DNA of 41,966 nucleotides from a virus, in the IMG/VR virus record IMGVR_UViG_3300045988_069551; one strand, given 5' to 3'. The notes under the pieces are model-generated. The model worked only from the letters and a program-made list of their open reading frames with translations. It was not told where the DNA came from and did not search any database. This document shows positions 1-7,852 of this stretch, piece after piece; within the stretch, counting starts at the first letter, position 1; each line of letters begins with the position of its first letter. The position numbers and the translations under genes are program-made.

Positions 1-55
1 GAGTGCTTTTTCCTTCCCATCAGGATGGAAAGTACCTCCAATTTCTTCCGGTTCC
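1..55. repeat. Terminal overlap, copy 1 (identical to 41912-41966)
   Basis: Exact 55-nt identity read directly (gagtgctttttccttcccatcaggatgg...ccggttcc). Confidence 0.95.
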
Positions 56-600
56 TGTTTTTCCGCTGGCGCATTATCCCGTTTGGGTTCTTTCTCTTGC
101 GGGGGCAAGTCCTCTGGCTTTTCGGCTGCCGGTATCTCTTTCTGGGAATTTACCTTTTCAGCCTCTTCCTGCATAACATCTATCTTATTTTTGTTCACGC
201 CAAAAAAATCCTGTTCATTCGGCGGCGGTGTCGATGGCTTGTGGCTTTCAATACTTTTTGGAAGCTTGACCCGCTTTCGCTTAAAAAAGATGGATTTTAT
301 ATTATCCAAAATCCGGTTAAATAAATTCTGTCCTCGCTGATAGCTGCCTTCCAGCGCCTCATTTACAACTCGCTCCACCTCAGGACTTATTTTATCCACA
401 GTCTTTTTACTTTCTTTTCGATATTTTTGTAGATTCCGCAGCTTTGCCCTTTGCCACATCTCCCAGCGAAAACCTTCTTTTTTTTCTTCCTGCTCATGAC
501 GCTTAAGGTTGCGGCGTAAACTGCGTACAAGATCAAGCTCCATTTCCTCAAAGACTCGCCGGAGATTGTATGCATCATCCTGCCGATTTTGTTTTGCCAT
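1..600 (-). CDS. Head morphogenesis / minor capsid protein (SPP1 gp7 / Mu F-like), N-terminal 200 codons; continues at 41911
   Basis: ATG at 598-600, 2 nt after the portal stop. Frame is open down to nt 1 (MAKQNRQDDAYNLRRVFEEM...FRWEMWQRAKLRNLQKY...GTFHPDGKEKAL) and in frame with 41135-41911 across the junction. Missed by the ORF track because linearisation splits it. Confidence 0.85.
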   Translation of the reverse strand, partial: MAKQNRQDDAYNLRRVFEEMELDLVRSLRRNLKRHEQEEKKEGFRWEMWQRAKLRNLQKYRKESKKTVDKISPEVERVVNEALEGSYQRGQNLFNRILDNIKSIFFKRKRVKLPKSIESHKPSTPPPNEQDFFGVNKNKIDVMQEEAEKVNSQKEIPAAEKPEDLPPQEKEPKRDNAPAEKQEPEEIGGTFHPDGKEKAL

Positions 601-602
601 GC

Positions 603-2135
603 CTAATCACCTGCTTTCGGAGTCCCCTCTGCTGGTTCTTTCGGAAGTTCCTGTATTAATCCGTCCATCCCCGCAACACTGGGCTCGTCTGTTTCCAAAA
701 GCCCCTGTTCAGTTTTTAGGCGCTTCACCTCTTCGGCTTTCCAGTCTTCATCCTTGCTGTCCCCATACAATTCTTCTACCGCTGCCTCGATACTCATGAT
801 CCCCCCCTGCTTTCCTTTAGCTACAGTCTCGACCTGGCTCTCAAAAGAGGGATTTGCATACTCCCCGAACGGAATCTCCACATCAACCTCTTCAATCGCC
901 GTCTTATGCAAAATGTTATAAGCGTTGATGCAAACAGACACCAGCTCCGGAAGCGTTTCCTGTAGTGCTTCAATGATAGCATTCCGGGTATAGAGGGTTG
1001 CCTTCTCTTTTTCCCGCTGCGCTTCGGCATTATCCAGCTTTTTCATGTCAATACCCAGTGTTGACGGGCTGATAACACCTTGCAGGCACAAATCGAGCGC
1101 TGTCACGTAGCTCGCCAGATAGCTGTCGTGTGGTATGGCTGGCTGAGTAGTTTCGATGACATTTTTCTGACCTTCCCTCATGTCTCCATCAGCAGCAAAA
1201 TATCTGTTGTCGAACGGATTGGGACGTATGACCAGCCCAGTTTCCGGGTCATGCGGCACAAGGCACTCCGGGATATATGTCTTTGCCCTGCCTGCCCTAA
1301 GTGCGTCCATCCATTGTGACCATGCCTCGTCAAAGGCATCGAAGCTATCTAATTTCCCATCAAAAATAGAGCCTCCACGGCCCTCATATTTTGTGTTCTC
1401 GTAAATTTGCAACGGCACTGCTAGGATAACGGACTTATCAAACGTCCACTCCTTAATATCCTTTGTAGCGTCAATCGCTGTTAGCGGAACCTCATTCTCG
1501 CCCCGGTACAGATGGTTATTTATATACCCGTATCCGTAATGCTCGTGGAGAACATATTGCTGTGTATTGACAGTATATGCGGTCTTAAACACCACTTCTT
1601 TTAAGCGGCCCCTGTGCTGCACAAGCTCTATCTTCTCCCCCGGATACCATTCAAGCAGGGGATATTGGCTGATGTCCGTATCAATTGTGACTTTGTAGGC
1701 ACCATCACCGATATACAGCACTTCTTTCAGTGATCTTTCAAATTTCCTCCGGAACTTGTTGTCATTCTCGATTTCCTCCCATAGCTGCTTGTGTGCGCCC
1801 TTCTTAAACTTAAAGTCATTCATGTCATCCACAACAATACTGTTGAGCGTCCGCACGATCAACCCAGGAAGGCCCGTGTGGATCTTACGCATGTCCATGC
1901 CTGGGCTGCACCGACTCGCCCAAAACTTTGTTTTATCCGCATATTCCGGGTTCTGCTGGTACATCTGTTCCAGCTCGTTACCGTCACCACGGTACCAGAT
2001 CCGGTTCCGGATTGCGGACAGTTCAAAGTCCATCACCTCATTGATCTGTATGGCATAGGGGTTTGACGGTGTTATCTGGAGCCAGCTACGCAGTCCTTTT
2101 TTGATGTTGTTGCTCAATTTTTCTGTCCACCTCAT
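603..2135 (-). CDS. Portal protein (SPP1 Gp6-like)
   Basis: 510 aa directly after terL with an ATGA-type 4-nt overlap. Size, position and acidic C-terminus are typical of SPP1-type portals. Confidence 0.85.
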   Translation of the reverse strand: MRWTEKLSNNIKKGLRSWLQITPSNPYAIQINEVMDFELSAIRNRIWYRGDGNELEQMYQQNPEYADKTKFWASRCSPGMDMRKIHTGLPGLIVRTLNSIVVDDMNDFKFKKGAHKQLWEEIENDNKFRRKFERSLKEVLYIGDGAYKVTIDTDISQYPLLEWYPGEKIELVQHRGRLKEVVFKTAYTVNTQQYVLHEHYGYGYINNHLYRGENEVPLTAIDATKDIKEWTFDKSVILAVPLQIYENTKYEGRGGSIFDGKLDSFDAFDEAWSQWMDALRAGRAKTYIPECLVPHDPETGLVIRPNPFDNRYFAADGDMREGQKNVIETTQPAIPHDSYLASYVTALDLCLQGVISPSTLGIDMKKLDNAEAQREKEKATLYTRNAIIEALQETLPELVSVCINAYNILHKTAIEEVDVEIPFGEYANPSFESQVETVAKGKQGGIMSIEAAVEELYGDSKDEDWKAEEVKRLKTEQGLLETDEPSVAGMDGLIQELPKEPAEGTPKAGD

Positions 2136-3496
2136 TTCTCATCCTCCTCGAATCCAATCGTCTGCCGGTACGGGATCCATGCGTACTGATTGGCGTTAAT
2201 CGTATGGTCATTGCGATCCTCCGGGATGTCCTTGTCCTCATCCCAGCTGTATCGGTCAAGCTCTCCCAGATGCTCCCTGCAGGTATCGACAACCAGATAG
2301 CACCCCTGCTGGATCCAACCTAGCTGCAGTTTAATACGGTCGATAATCTCCACTTTTTTGTATGACTCTATAAAATTGTACATGCATCCGTGCAGGCGCT
2401 TGTACTTACGTAGCTCCGTAATCGTCGCTGCATCTGCGCAGTCAACAAATGTATCTTTCGCAAATCCCCAATCTTTGCGGCACTGCTCCAGGAAGGACAC
2501 GAATTTAACCGCCGTATCGGAAGGTGCCAGCGGTTGATCCAGATCAGCATTGCTGTATGTCTTCTCCGCCAACGTGATCAGCTTACGATCTTCCGTGATG
2601 CCTTGGAATATCATGGCAATCGTATCCGGAGACTTGCTGGAATATGATGTATCCAGGCCGACCGTAAATTTCTTGAATTGTATCTTCCCCGCTTTAACCT
2701 GCTGTTTCACCCATGCAACGGTTACTACATGTTTTGCCCGGTCAAAGTTCGGGAAGATCAGGCCCGTTGCTTTTCCACGCAGGCCCTTTATCTTATTTTT
2801 CCAGATCTTTGTGCCAGGTGGCGTGTTCTGGATGATCCGCTCCAGCTTTTCTTTTGGAAGTCCCAGGTTGTGGGCAAAAGAAAAGAACCAATGAACCCAG
2901 CCGGGTTTTGGTTCCTCTTTCAATTCATCTCTAATTTCCTGCGGCGTCTCGTCCTCCCATTCGGGAAGCGGACGGGAACAGTTGATATACTCCTTGTACA
3001 CATCCAGATTCGGATCATCCGGGTTAAGGGTAGCCATCAAGTAATCGCTACGCATGGCCGACTCACGAACAAATTCAATATCCGCCGTGTTAATCTCGTC
3101 AATATACAGACAGCCGTACTGGCCACCCAGGGCATCTTTCCACTTGCGCTTGTTTCCATACCCGACGACAAATATAATCTTGTCGCCTCCGGACGTATGG
3201 AAAAGGATGTGTGGCATCTTGTACTCTCCGGATCCATTGCCCTTGTACTCCACCAACACGCCGAAGTCATCCAGAATGCCCAGATCCTTTTGTATAATAT
3301 TCTTCTCGGCGGCGCCGGTATCATCGGCAGCAAGAATGTGCAGCTTTTTTGGACTCTCCGCCACCTTAAGCATGAACTTAAACAGTCCTACGGTTGTCTT
3401 TCCCGCGGCTGTAGTCCCTTCCAGAAATTCTACTGGTGCATCACAGCGGAGGAATGCCTTGTACTTTTCGGACAACAGCAATCTCTCATCACTCAC
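2132..3496 (-). CDS. terL: Terminase large subunit
   Basis: 454 aa. N-terminal P-loop GTTAAGKTT, Walker B-like CLYIDE, C-terminal nuclease-type acidic residues. Lies between terS and portal. Confidence 0.9.
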   Translation of the reverse strand: MSDERLLLSEKYKAFLRCDAPVEFLEGTTAAGKTTVGLFKFMLKVAESPKKLHILAADDTGAAEKNIIQKDLGILDDFGVLVEYKGNGSGEYKMPHILFHTSGGDKIIFVVGYGNKRKWKDALGGQYGCLYIDEINTADIEFVRESAMRSDYLMATLNPDDPNLDVYKEYINCSRPLPEWEDETPQEIRDELKEEPKPGWVHWFFSFAHNLGLPKEKLERIIQNTPPGTKIWKNKIKGLRGKATGLIFPNFDRAKHVVTVAWVKQQVKAGKIQFKKFTVGLDTSYSSKSPDTIAMIFQGITEDRKLITLAEKTYSNADLDQPLAPSDTAVKFVSFLEQCRKDWGFAKDTFVDCADAATITELRKYKRLHGCMYNFIESYKKVEIIDRIKLQLGWIQQGCYLVVDTCREHLGELDRYSWDEDKDIPEDRNDHTINANQYAWIPYRQTIGFEEDEK

Positions 3497-3996
3497 TATC
3501 CATCGCCCCTCATCTGCTGGAGCAAGTCATCCAACTTTGTCTTCTCGGAATCCAGTACGCCTGACAGCTCAACTTTGTCTTTAAACATTCCCATATGCTT
3601 GCCCAGGAGCTCCAACGCCTTGAGCTTATCCGCCATCTTTATTTCACGCTCCAGGCCATCATCGCCGAATGTTTTTACCTTAACCGATTGGATAGCCGCG
3701 GTATCTTCTGAAAGGGCGTCTTCCTTGACTGTTGCTGTCTTTGGGTCAATTACATCAACCGCGTTGACAAACGCCACCTTCGCCAGCTCCATCACAACCC
3801 GGTCAGCATTGACTCCTGTACGCTTAGACCGTTCGGCCATTTCCCTGTCTATGCACGCGCGAATGTTAGGTTTTGTTAAGTTCTCACACCCAATCTCTTT
3901 TGCTGTATCTGGGCTGTACCCCGCCCTTATGGCTGCCTGAGTGGCATTCAAGTCTATCAGGTATTCTTCTGCGAATCTCTTCTGTTTTTTTGTCAT
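3496..3996 (-). CDS. terS: Terminase small subunit (Terminase_2 / P27-like)
   Basis: N-terminus MTKKQKRFAEEYLIDLNATQAAIRAGYS is the hallmark of this terS family. SD GAAGGAGGTGA lies upstream. 1-nt overlap with the terL start. Confidence 0.9.
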   Translation of the reverse strand: MTKKQKRFAEEYLIDLNATQAAIRAGYSPDTAKEIGCENLTKPNIRACIDREMAERSKRTGVNADRVVMELAKVAFVNAVDVIDPKTATVKEDALSEDTAAIQSVKVKTFGDDGLEREIKMADKLKALELLGKHMGMFKDKVELSGVLDSEKTKLDDLLQQMRGDG

Positions 3997-4019
3997 TCAG
4001 GCTCACCTCCTTCACATAG

Positions 4020-4057
4020 AAAAAGAGACACCCTGCTCATAACCAGCCCGGTGTCCT
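4020..4057 (-). terminator. Intrinsic terminator closing the dGTPase cassette
   Basis: Minus-strand RNA forms GGACACC...(16-nt loop)...GGUGUCU followed by CUUUUUCU. Arms are at 4050-4055 / 4027-4032, with the U-tract from the A-run at 4020-4024. Confidence 0.6.
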
Positions 4058-4066
4058 TATCCATAA

Positions 4067-4654
4067 TTACTGTATTGTTCTAGCCTCATAAAATACTAAG
4101 TACTCATCATGCTTAGGTTTTTTACTATTATCACAAGAATAAGCAAAACTCCATTCAAGCAATGCACTTTTTCCCTCTAATAAATCATCCCTAAATATTT
4201 TTTTAATTTCCGGAATATATTTTTTCAGCTCACCTATTTCCTGTTCAGTTAAAAACTCTGTGTTACCTATTCTTTCTTCATGACTATTAATTAATATTGT
4301 TACTTCACAATTTGAATGTGTAACTAAATTCCACAAATCATCCTTTACAGCTTCTATCACAATACGCTCTCTGCTTACACATAATGTGCCACTTTTTTTT
4401 GCAATAAAAAATGGGTAGTATATCACCATTCCTTTATCATTTATTTGCATCAATAAATTATCAGCGAATGCCTTTGCCTTATCAGCCTTCGCACCAATCA
4501 ATCGAGGCAGGTTCATGTCGTCCCCCCGATATACCGCACTCCTTATAGTCCATAGGTATTTACCATCAAATTGTTCTCCTCCCGTATACTGTTTCCAGGG
4601 AATAGATGGTAATTTCATATTGTTTAACTCTAAAAAACCCATTAATTTATTCAT
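4067..4654 (-). CDS. Hypothetical protein, partner of the dGTPase-like gene
   Basis: 195 aa. SD AGGTGA sits inside the end of the upstream gene, with only 7 nt between its stop and this ATG. Same AT-rich composition as that gene. No family recognised with confidence. Confidence 0.8.
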   Translation of the reverse strand: MNKLMGFLELNNMKLPSIPWKQYTGGEQFDGKYLWTIRSAVYRGDDMNLPRLIGAKADKAKAFADNLLMQINDKGMVIYYPFFIAKKSGTLCVSRERIVIEAVKDDLWNLVTHSNCEVTILINSHEERIGNTEFLTEQEIGELKKYIPEIKKIFRDDLLEGKSALLEWSFAYSCDNSKKPKHDEYLVFYEARTIQ

Positions 4655-4661
4655 ACTTCAC

Positions 4662-5978
4662 CTAATATTGAAATTTTCTGCCTGAATACTTTTCATATAT
4701 AGTAATTGCATATGATTCCATCATGCCTGCTATGTAGTCACATATTAGCCTTTGCTGAAACAAGTCTTTGTTATTATCTGATAAATCACTATACTGCTCC
4801 ATCAACTCTTCTGCCCTATACTCAGGCGGCAAATACATCGTATATTCAGTATAAAATTCTTTTAAAAATTCCAAAACTCTATTTCCATTTTGTTCATAAG
4901 CATAAACATCATCATTATGATTAATACATTGAAATACCAATTTTTTAAGTCCGTGAACAAGCTCACCATATGTTATGAATCCAAGTTCTTCAGTATGCAT
5001 ACTTCCTGTTAATAACTTTTGTTCTTCAGTAATTGGTACTAACGAAACATCTTTTAAAAATAAATTAATAAGCATAGATGTTAATTCTTGTCTGAATAAT
5101 TTTGAATACTGCGTAGAATCTATCTTATTATGTCCATACCCCGATTTTTCTTTAGCATCATCCACCAACTCTACTAACTTTAGATAACAATCATTATCTC
5201 CAAACTTTGCTTTATAATCATGTAAGAGTTCGTCTATCGTAAATGCTTTAATTCGTAAGCCATCCTCTAAATCATGTGCAGCATATGCAATCTCATCTGC
5301 GACATCAACTATCTGAACATCAAGAGTCCTAATTTTTAAGTCAGTTTCAGATATAAACTTTGATAATAAATCATAATCATCATCATATATAAATTTTTGC
5401 GATTTTTTATCTTTTTTATATTTTTCGATATCAAATTTATTAAAATACTTCACTACACTAAACATCCCACGATAAGTTAAATTAAGCCCCCTAAAATCCG
5501 GGCGCTTCTTCTCAACATTTGTTAAGATTCTAAGAGTTTGTGCATTTCCTTCGAACCCACCACATTCTAAAAACAATTCATTTAATTTCCTCTCACCCGA
5601 ATGTCCAAATGGAGGATTTCCTATATCATGTGCCAAAGCTCCTGCTTCAACTAAATAGCTTTCTCCTTCGGCATATTGTATTGCACTTGCTATAGATCTT
5701 GCAATTTGTGCCACCTCCAAACTATGCGTAAGACGATTTCTAAAAAATTGATCATTTTTTATACCAAGTAATTGCATCTTTCCCTGTAATCTTCTAAAAG
5801 AGGAAGAATACATAATTCTAGCATAATCTCTTTGAAATGGTCCATCAGGTCTATATCGAGATTCTTCTTCATGGATATAGGATTCCATACTGTCGGTTTT
5901 AATTGGATTTAAATAAACCCTTTTTATTTTGTCAGAATCAATTTCCAATGGACTTTTTGAAATACTAATATTACTCAT
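4662..5978 (-). CDS. dGTPase-family HD-domain dNTP triphosphohydrolase-like protein
   Basis: Motifs RLTHSLEVAQIARSIA and ALAHDIGNPPFGHSGE plus DVADEIAYAAHDLEDG are characteristic of Dgt-type triphosphohydrolases. The ATG at 5978 has GGAGG 9 nt upstream; the ORF track extends to 6002. Confidence 0.85.
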   Translation of the reverse strand: MSNISISKSPLEIDSDKIKRVYLNPIKTDSMESYIHEEESRYRPDGPFQRDYARIMYSSSFRRLQGKMQLLGIKNDQFFRNRLTHSLEVAQIARSIASAIQYAEGESYLVEAGALAHDIGNPPFGHSGERKLNELFLECGGFEGNAQTLRILTNVEKKRPDFRGLNLTYRGMFSVVKYFNKFDIEKYKKDKKSQKFIYDDDYDLLSKFISETDLKIRTLDVQIVDVADEIAYAAHDLEDGLRIKAFTIDELLHDYKAKFGDNDCYLKLVELVDDAKEKSGYGHNKIDSTQYSKLFRQELTSMLINLFLKDVSLVPITEEQKLLTGSMHTEELGFITYGELVHGLKKLVFQCINHNDDVYAYEQNGNRVLEFLKEFYTEYTMYLPPEYRAEELMEQYSDLSDNNKDLFQQRLICDYIAGMMESYAITIYEKYSGRKFQY

Positions 5979-6034
5979 ATATGATCTCCTCCGCACATAC
6001 ACCCCAATACCAAAGCATCACCACAATTATATTA

Positions 6035-6063
6035 ATAATATACCATATTCTGACAATTATCAA
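6035..6063 (-). promoter_or_regulatory. Sigma-70-like promoter for the dGTPase cassette
   Basis: On the minus strand: TTGATA (6063-6058), 17-nt spacer, TATTAT (6040-6035). About 55 nt upstream of the ATG at 5978. Confidence 0.5.
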
Positions 6064-6110
6064 CAAATTGTAGACACGTTTTCAATTATATGCGTTATAA
6101 TTTCATCCAT

Positions 6111-6146
6111 AAAAAAACGCCCCGCACTTTCATGCAGGACGTTTTT
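6111..6146 (-). terminator. Intrinsic terminator upstream of the dGTPase cassette
   Basis: Minus-strand RNA ACGUCCUGCA-UGAAAG-UGCGGGGCGU forms a 10-bp stem (two G-U pairs) followed by U7. On the plus strand the same stem has two C-A mismatches, so it is stronger leftward. Confidence 0.7.
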
Positions 6147-6174
6147 CAATAGGTGTATGAAGGAGGTCATACTT

Positions 6175-6273
6175 ATGAGCTATGTCCCATTATATACAAA
6201 AGACTCCCCGCTATATAACGGAGAGCCTTTCAGCCATAATATGTATGGCTATCTCAAGGATGATACTTATTAA
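6175..6273 (+). CDS. Possible 32-aa Tyr-rich peptide (MSYVPLYTKDSPLYNGEPFSHNMYGYLKDDTY)
   Basis: GAAGGAGG at 6159-6166, 8-nt spacer, then ATG. Possible promoter TAGACA(6071)-19 nt-TATAAT(6096), divergent from the cassette promoter. Short ORF, weak call. Confidence 0.3.
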   Translation: MSYVPLYTKDSPLYNGEPFSHNMYGYLKDDTY

Positions 6274-6390
6274 TGCCCCAAGGGCTCTGTCTTCTATCCT
6301 GCCGGTAAACGGCTGTGTCTTGAGAAAACACCACCGAACAATTGATCCAATCGTTCTAGAATAACTATATCATACTTACCGTGTACCATT

Positions 6391-6888
6391 CTATACCATT
6401 TTGAAATTTTTTAAAGCTTTTGCATGGATTCTGTGAGTGTGTGTCCATTTTAATCCCATAATCCCACAAATAACTTCCCAGCTCTCACCAAGCAGATACC
6501 GGTATGTAAGAATCTCCTGCTCACGTTCGTCTTCCACTAACTTGATTTTGTGGTATATCTCCGTATACTTCTCGATAGCATTTAGGCGGTCTCGTTCTAA
6601 TTCCTCCATAAGCTCATCCATCTTAACAGCATAACCAGACATGTCGGTTATATTGGAGCCGTGTGGCATATCATCATACTTTACGGACGGACACATCTCA
6701 TTAAGTCTAAGCTGTTGTATCTGGTCTAGAGTCATCTTCTCTTTTCTTTTTGCTGCAAGATACCCATTCAGGTAATCTTTTTTATTTTGATTGTCCTGCC
6801 ATGCCTGCTCCTTCACATCATTTTCCCGCACTGGCATCATTCTCCTTTTCTTTGCATACTCTTGCCACATACTCCACCGCCGTTTCAC
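6391..6888 (-). CDS. Putative late-gene transcriptional activator (sigma-70 region-4-like HTH; RinA/ArpU/DUF1492-like)
   Basis: C-terminus EQEILTYRYLLGESWEVICGIMGLKWTHTHRIHAKALKNF resembles a region-4 HTH. It sits where late activators usually lie, upstream of terS. Start is uncertain (GTG 6888, ATG 6840/6837, GTG 6831). Confidence 0.6.
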   Translation of the reverse strand: MKRRWSMWQEYAKKRRMMPVRENDVKEQAWQDNQNKKDYLNGYLAAKRKEKMTLDQIQQLRLNEMCPSVKYDDMPHGSNITDMSGYAVKMDELMEELERDRLNAIEKYTEIYHKIKLVEDEREQEILTYRYLLGESWEVICGIMGLKWTHTHRIHAKALKNFKMV

Positions 6889-7057
6889 GCTTCTTTTCCA
6901 TCTGCTCTCCCTGTTCTTGCAGTAGCTTCCCGGCCTGGTATGCTACCGGCCGTCTAAACCACTTTACGGCATTACTGTCAGGAGCATCCTCCGCCATATG
7001 CTTCATGTCCTTCCTTCTGACATCGTCAGCCTTTCTTTTCGCTTTTTTGTGATTCAT
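6818..7057 (-). CDS. Hypothetical basic protein
   Basis: 79 aa. Excellent SD AGGAGGGAAC directly before the ATG at 7057. Confidence 0.6.
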   Translation of the reverse strand: MNHKKAKRKADDVRRKDMKHMAEDAPDSNAVKWFRRPVAYQAGKLLQEQGEQMEKKRETAVEYVARVCKEKENDASAGK

Positions 7058-7081
7058 GTTCCCTCCTAAATTTGGGTTTAG

Positions 7082-7852
7082 TTATATATCCAACATTTCT
7101 TTAAGTACCTTAAAAACAGGATATACCTGTTGCGGGACTACTGCATTTCCGTAGCACTGCATTCTTTCTTTGTAACGCTTATATCCGTCCACCCGATCGG
7201 GAATCCCATCATCCACTCCACATACTGGGGGTTTATGTACTGCCCAATACGTTCCGGGTAAATAATCCCAAGGCTGGAGCAGAGTGCTTGTCCATGATTT
7301 CCGTTGTGCTCCGTCGGCGTCTGTTTCCGAATCGGCTTGAAGTCTTGGCTCGCCCTTGGAGATGCCAATAATAAAAACCCTGTATCTCTCATGTGGCGCC
7401 GCGACAGCGTAAGCCGGTACACAGAACGTCCTGACTTCGTAGCCTTCCTTTTCCAAATCGGTACAAACGGACTCATGTATTGTTGATAACAGCCCATTAA
7501 CATTTTCTCCAACAACAAAGTGCGGCCGCAACTCTCTGACGACTCTACAAAACTCCGGCCATAAGTGTCGTTCATCATTTTCAGCCTTTCGTTTTCCGAT
7601 AACACTGTGCGGCTGGCATGGGAATCCCCCTGATATAACGCTAACTGTCCGTAAACCTGTTTTTTCATAAAAATCTCCTCCCGTTAATGTCTTTATATCT
7701 CTCCATCTTGGCACGTCTGGCCAGTGTCTTTCTAATACTGCTGTCGGATAATCTGCATATTCGCATTGCCCTACAGTTTCAAAACCTACCCATTCCGCAG
7801 CCAAATCCAGTCCACCAATACCAGAAAACAAACTCAAATGTGTATACCTCAT
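7082..7852 (-). CDS. DNA (cytosine-5) methyltransferase, compact, orphan
   Basis: Motif I FSGIGG, motif IV GGFPCQPHS, motif VI GENV, motif VIII-like HERYRVF, motif X GNAVVPQ. Only 256 aa, and no restriction endonuclease partner is seen. Confidence 0.85.
   Translation of the reverse strand: MRYTHLSLFSGIGGLDLAAEWVGFETVGQCEYADYPTAVLERHWPDVPRWRDIKTLTGGDFYEKTGLRTVSVISGGFPCQPHSVIGKRKAENDERHLWPEFCRVVRELRPHFVVGENVNGLLSTIHESVCTDLEKEGYEVRTFCVPAYAVAAPHERYRVFIIGISKGEPRLQADSETDADGAQRKSWTSTLLQPWDYLPGTYWAVHKPPVCGVDDGIPDRVDGYKRYKERMQCYGNAVVPQQVYPVFKVLKEMLDI

Noticed and set aside
25-578. ORF-track entries 25-324 (+), 83-340 (+) and 387-578 (-) at the window start
   Set aside because: The region is fully explained by the junction-spanning gp7-like gene (minus strand, frame of ATG 600), whose product shows family-typical sequence. 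The listed ORFs are other frames or the other strand of that gene.
2678-3940. A 420-aa plus-strand ORF running antisense through terL and into terS
   Set aside because: It lies entirely opposite two genes with clear terminase motifs. It has no SD and a Leu/Ser/Arg/Phe-heavy low-information composition typical of antisense shadow ORFs, and it crosses a gene boundary on the other strand.
7138-7668. A 176-aa minus-strand ORF in an alternate frame inside the methyltransferase gene
   Set aside because: The overlapping frame carries all the C5-MTase motifs. The alternate frame has no SD and no recognisable features.
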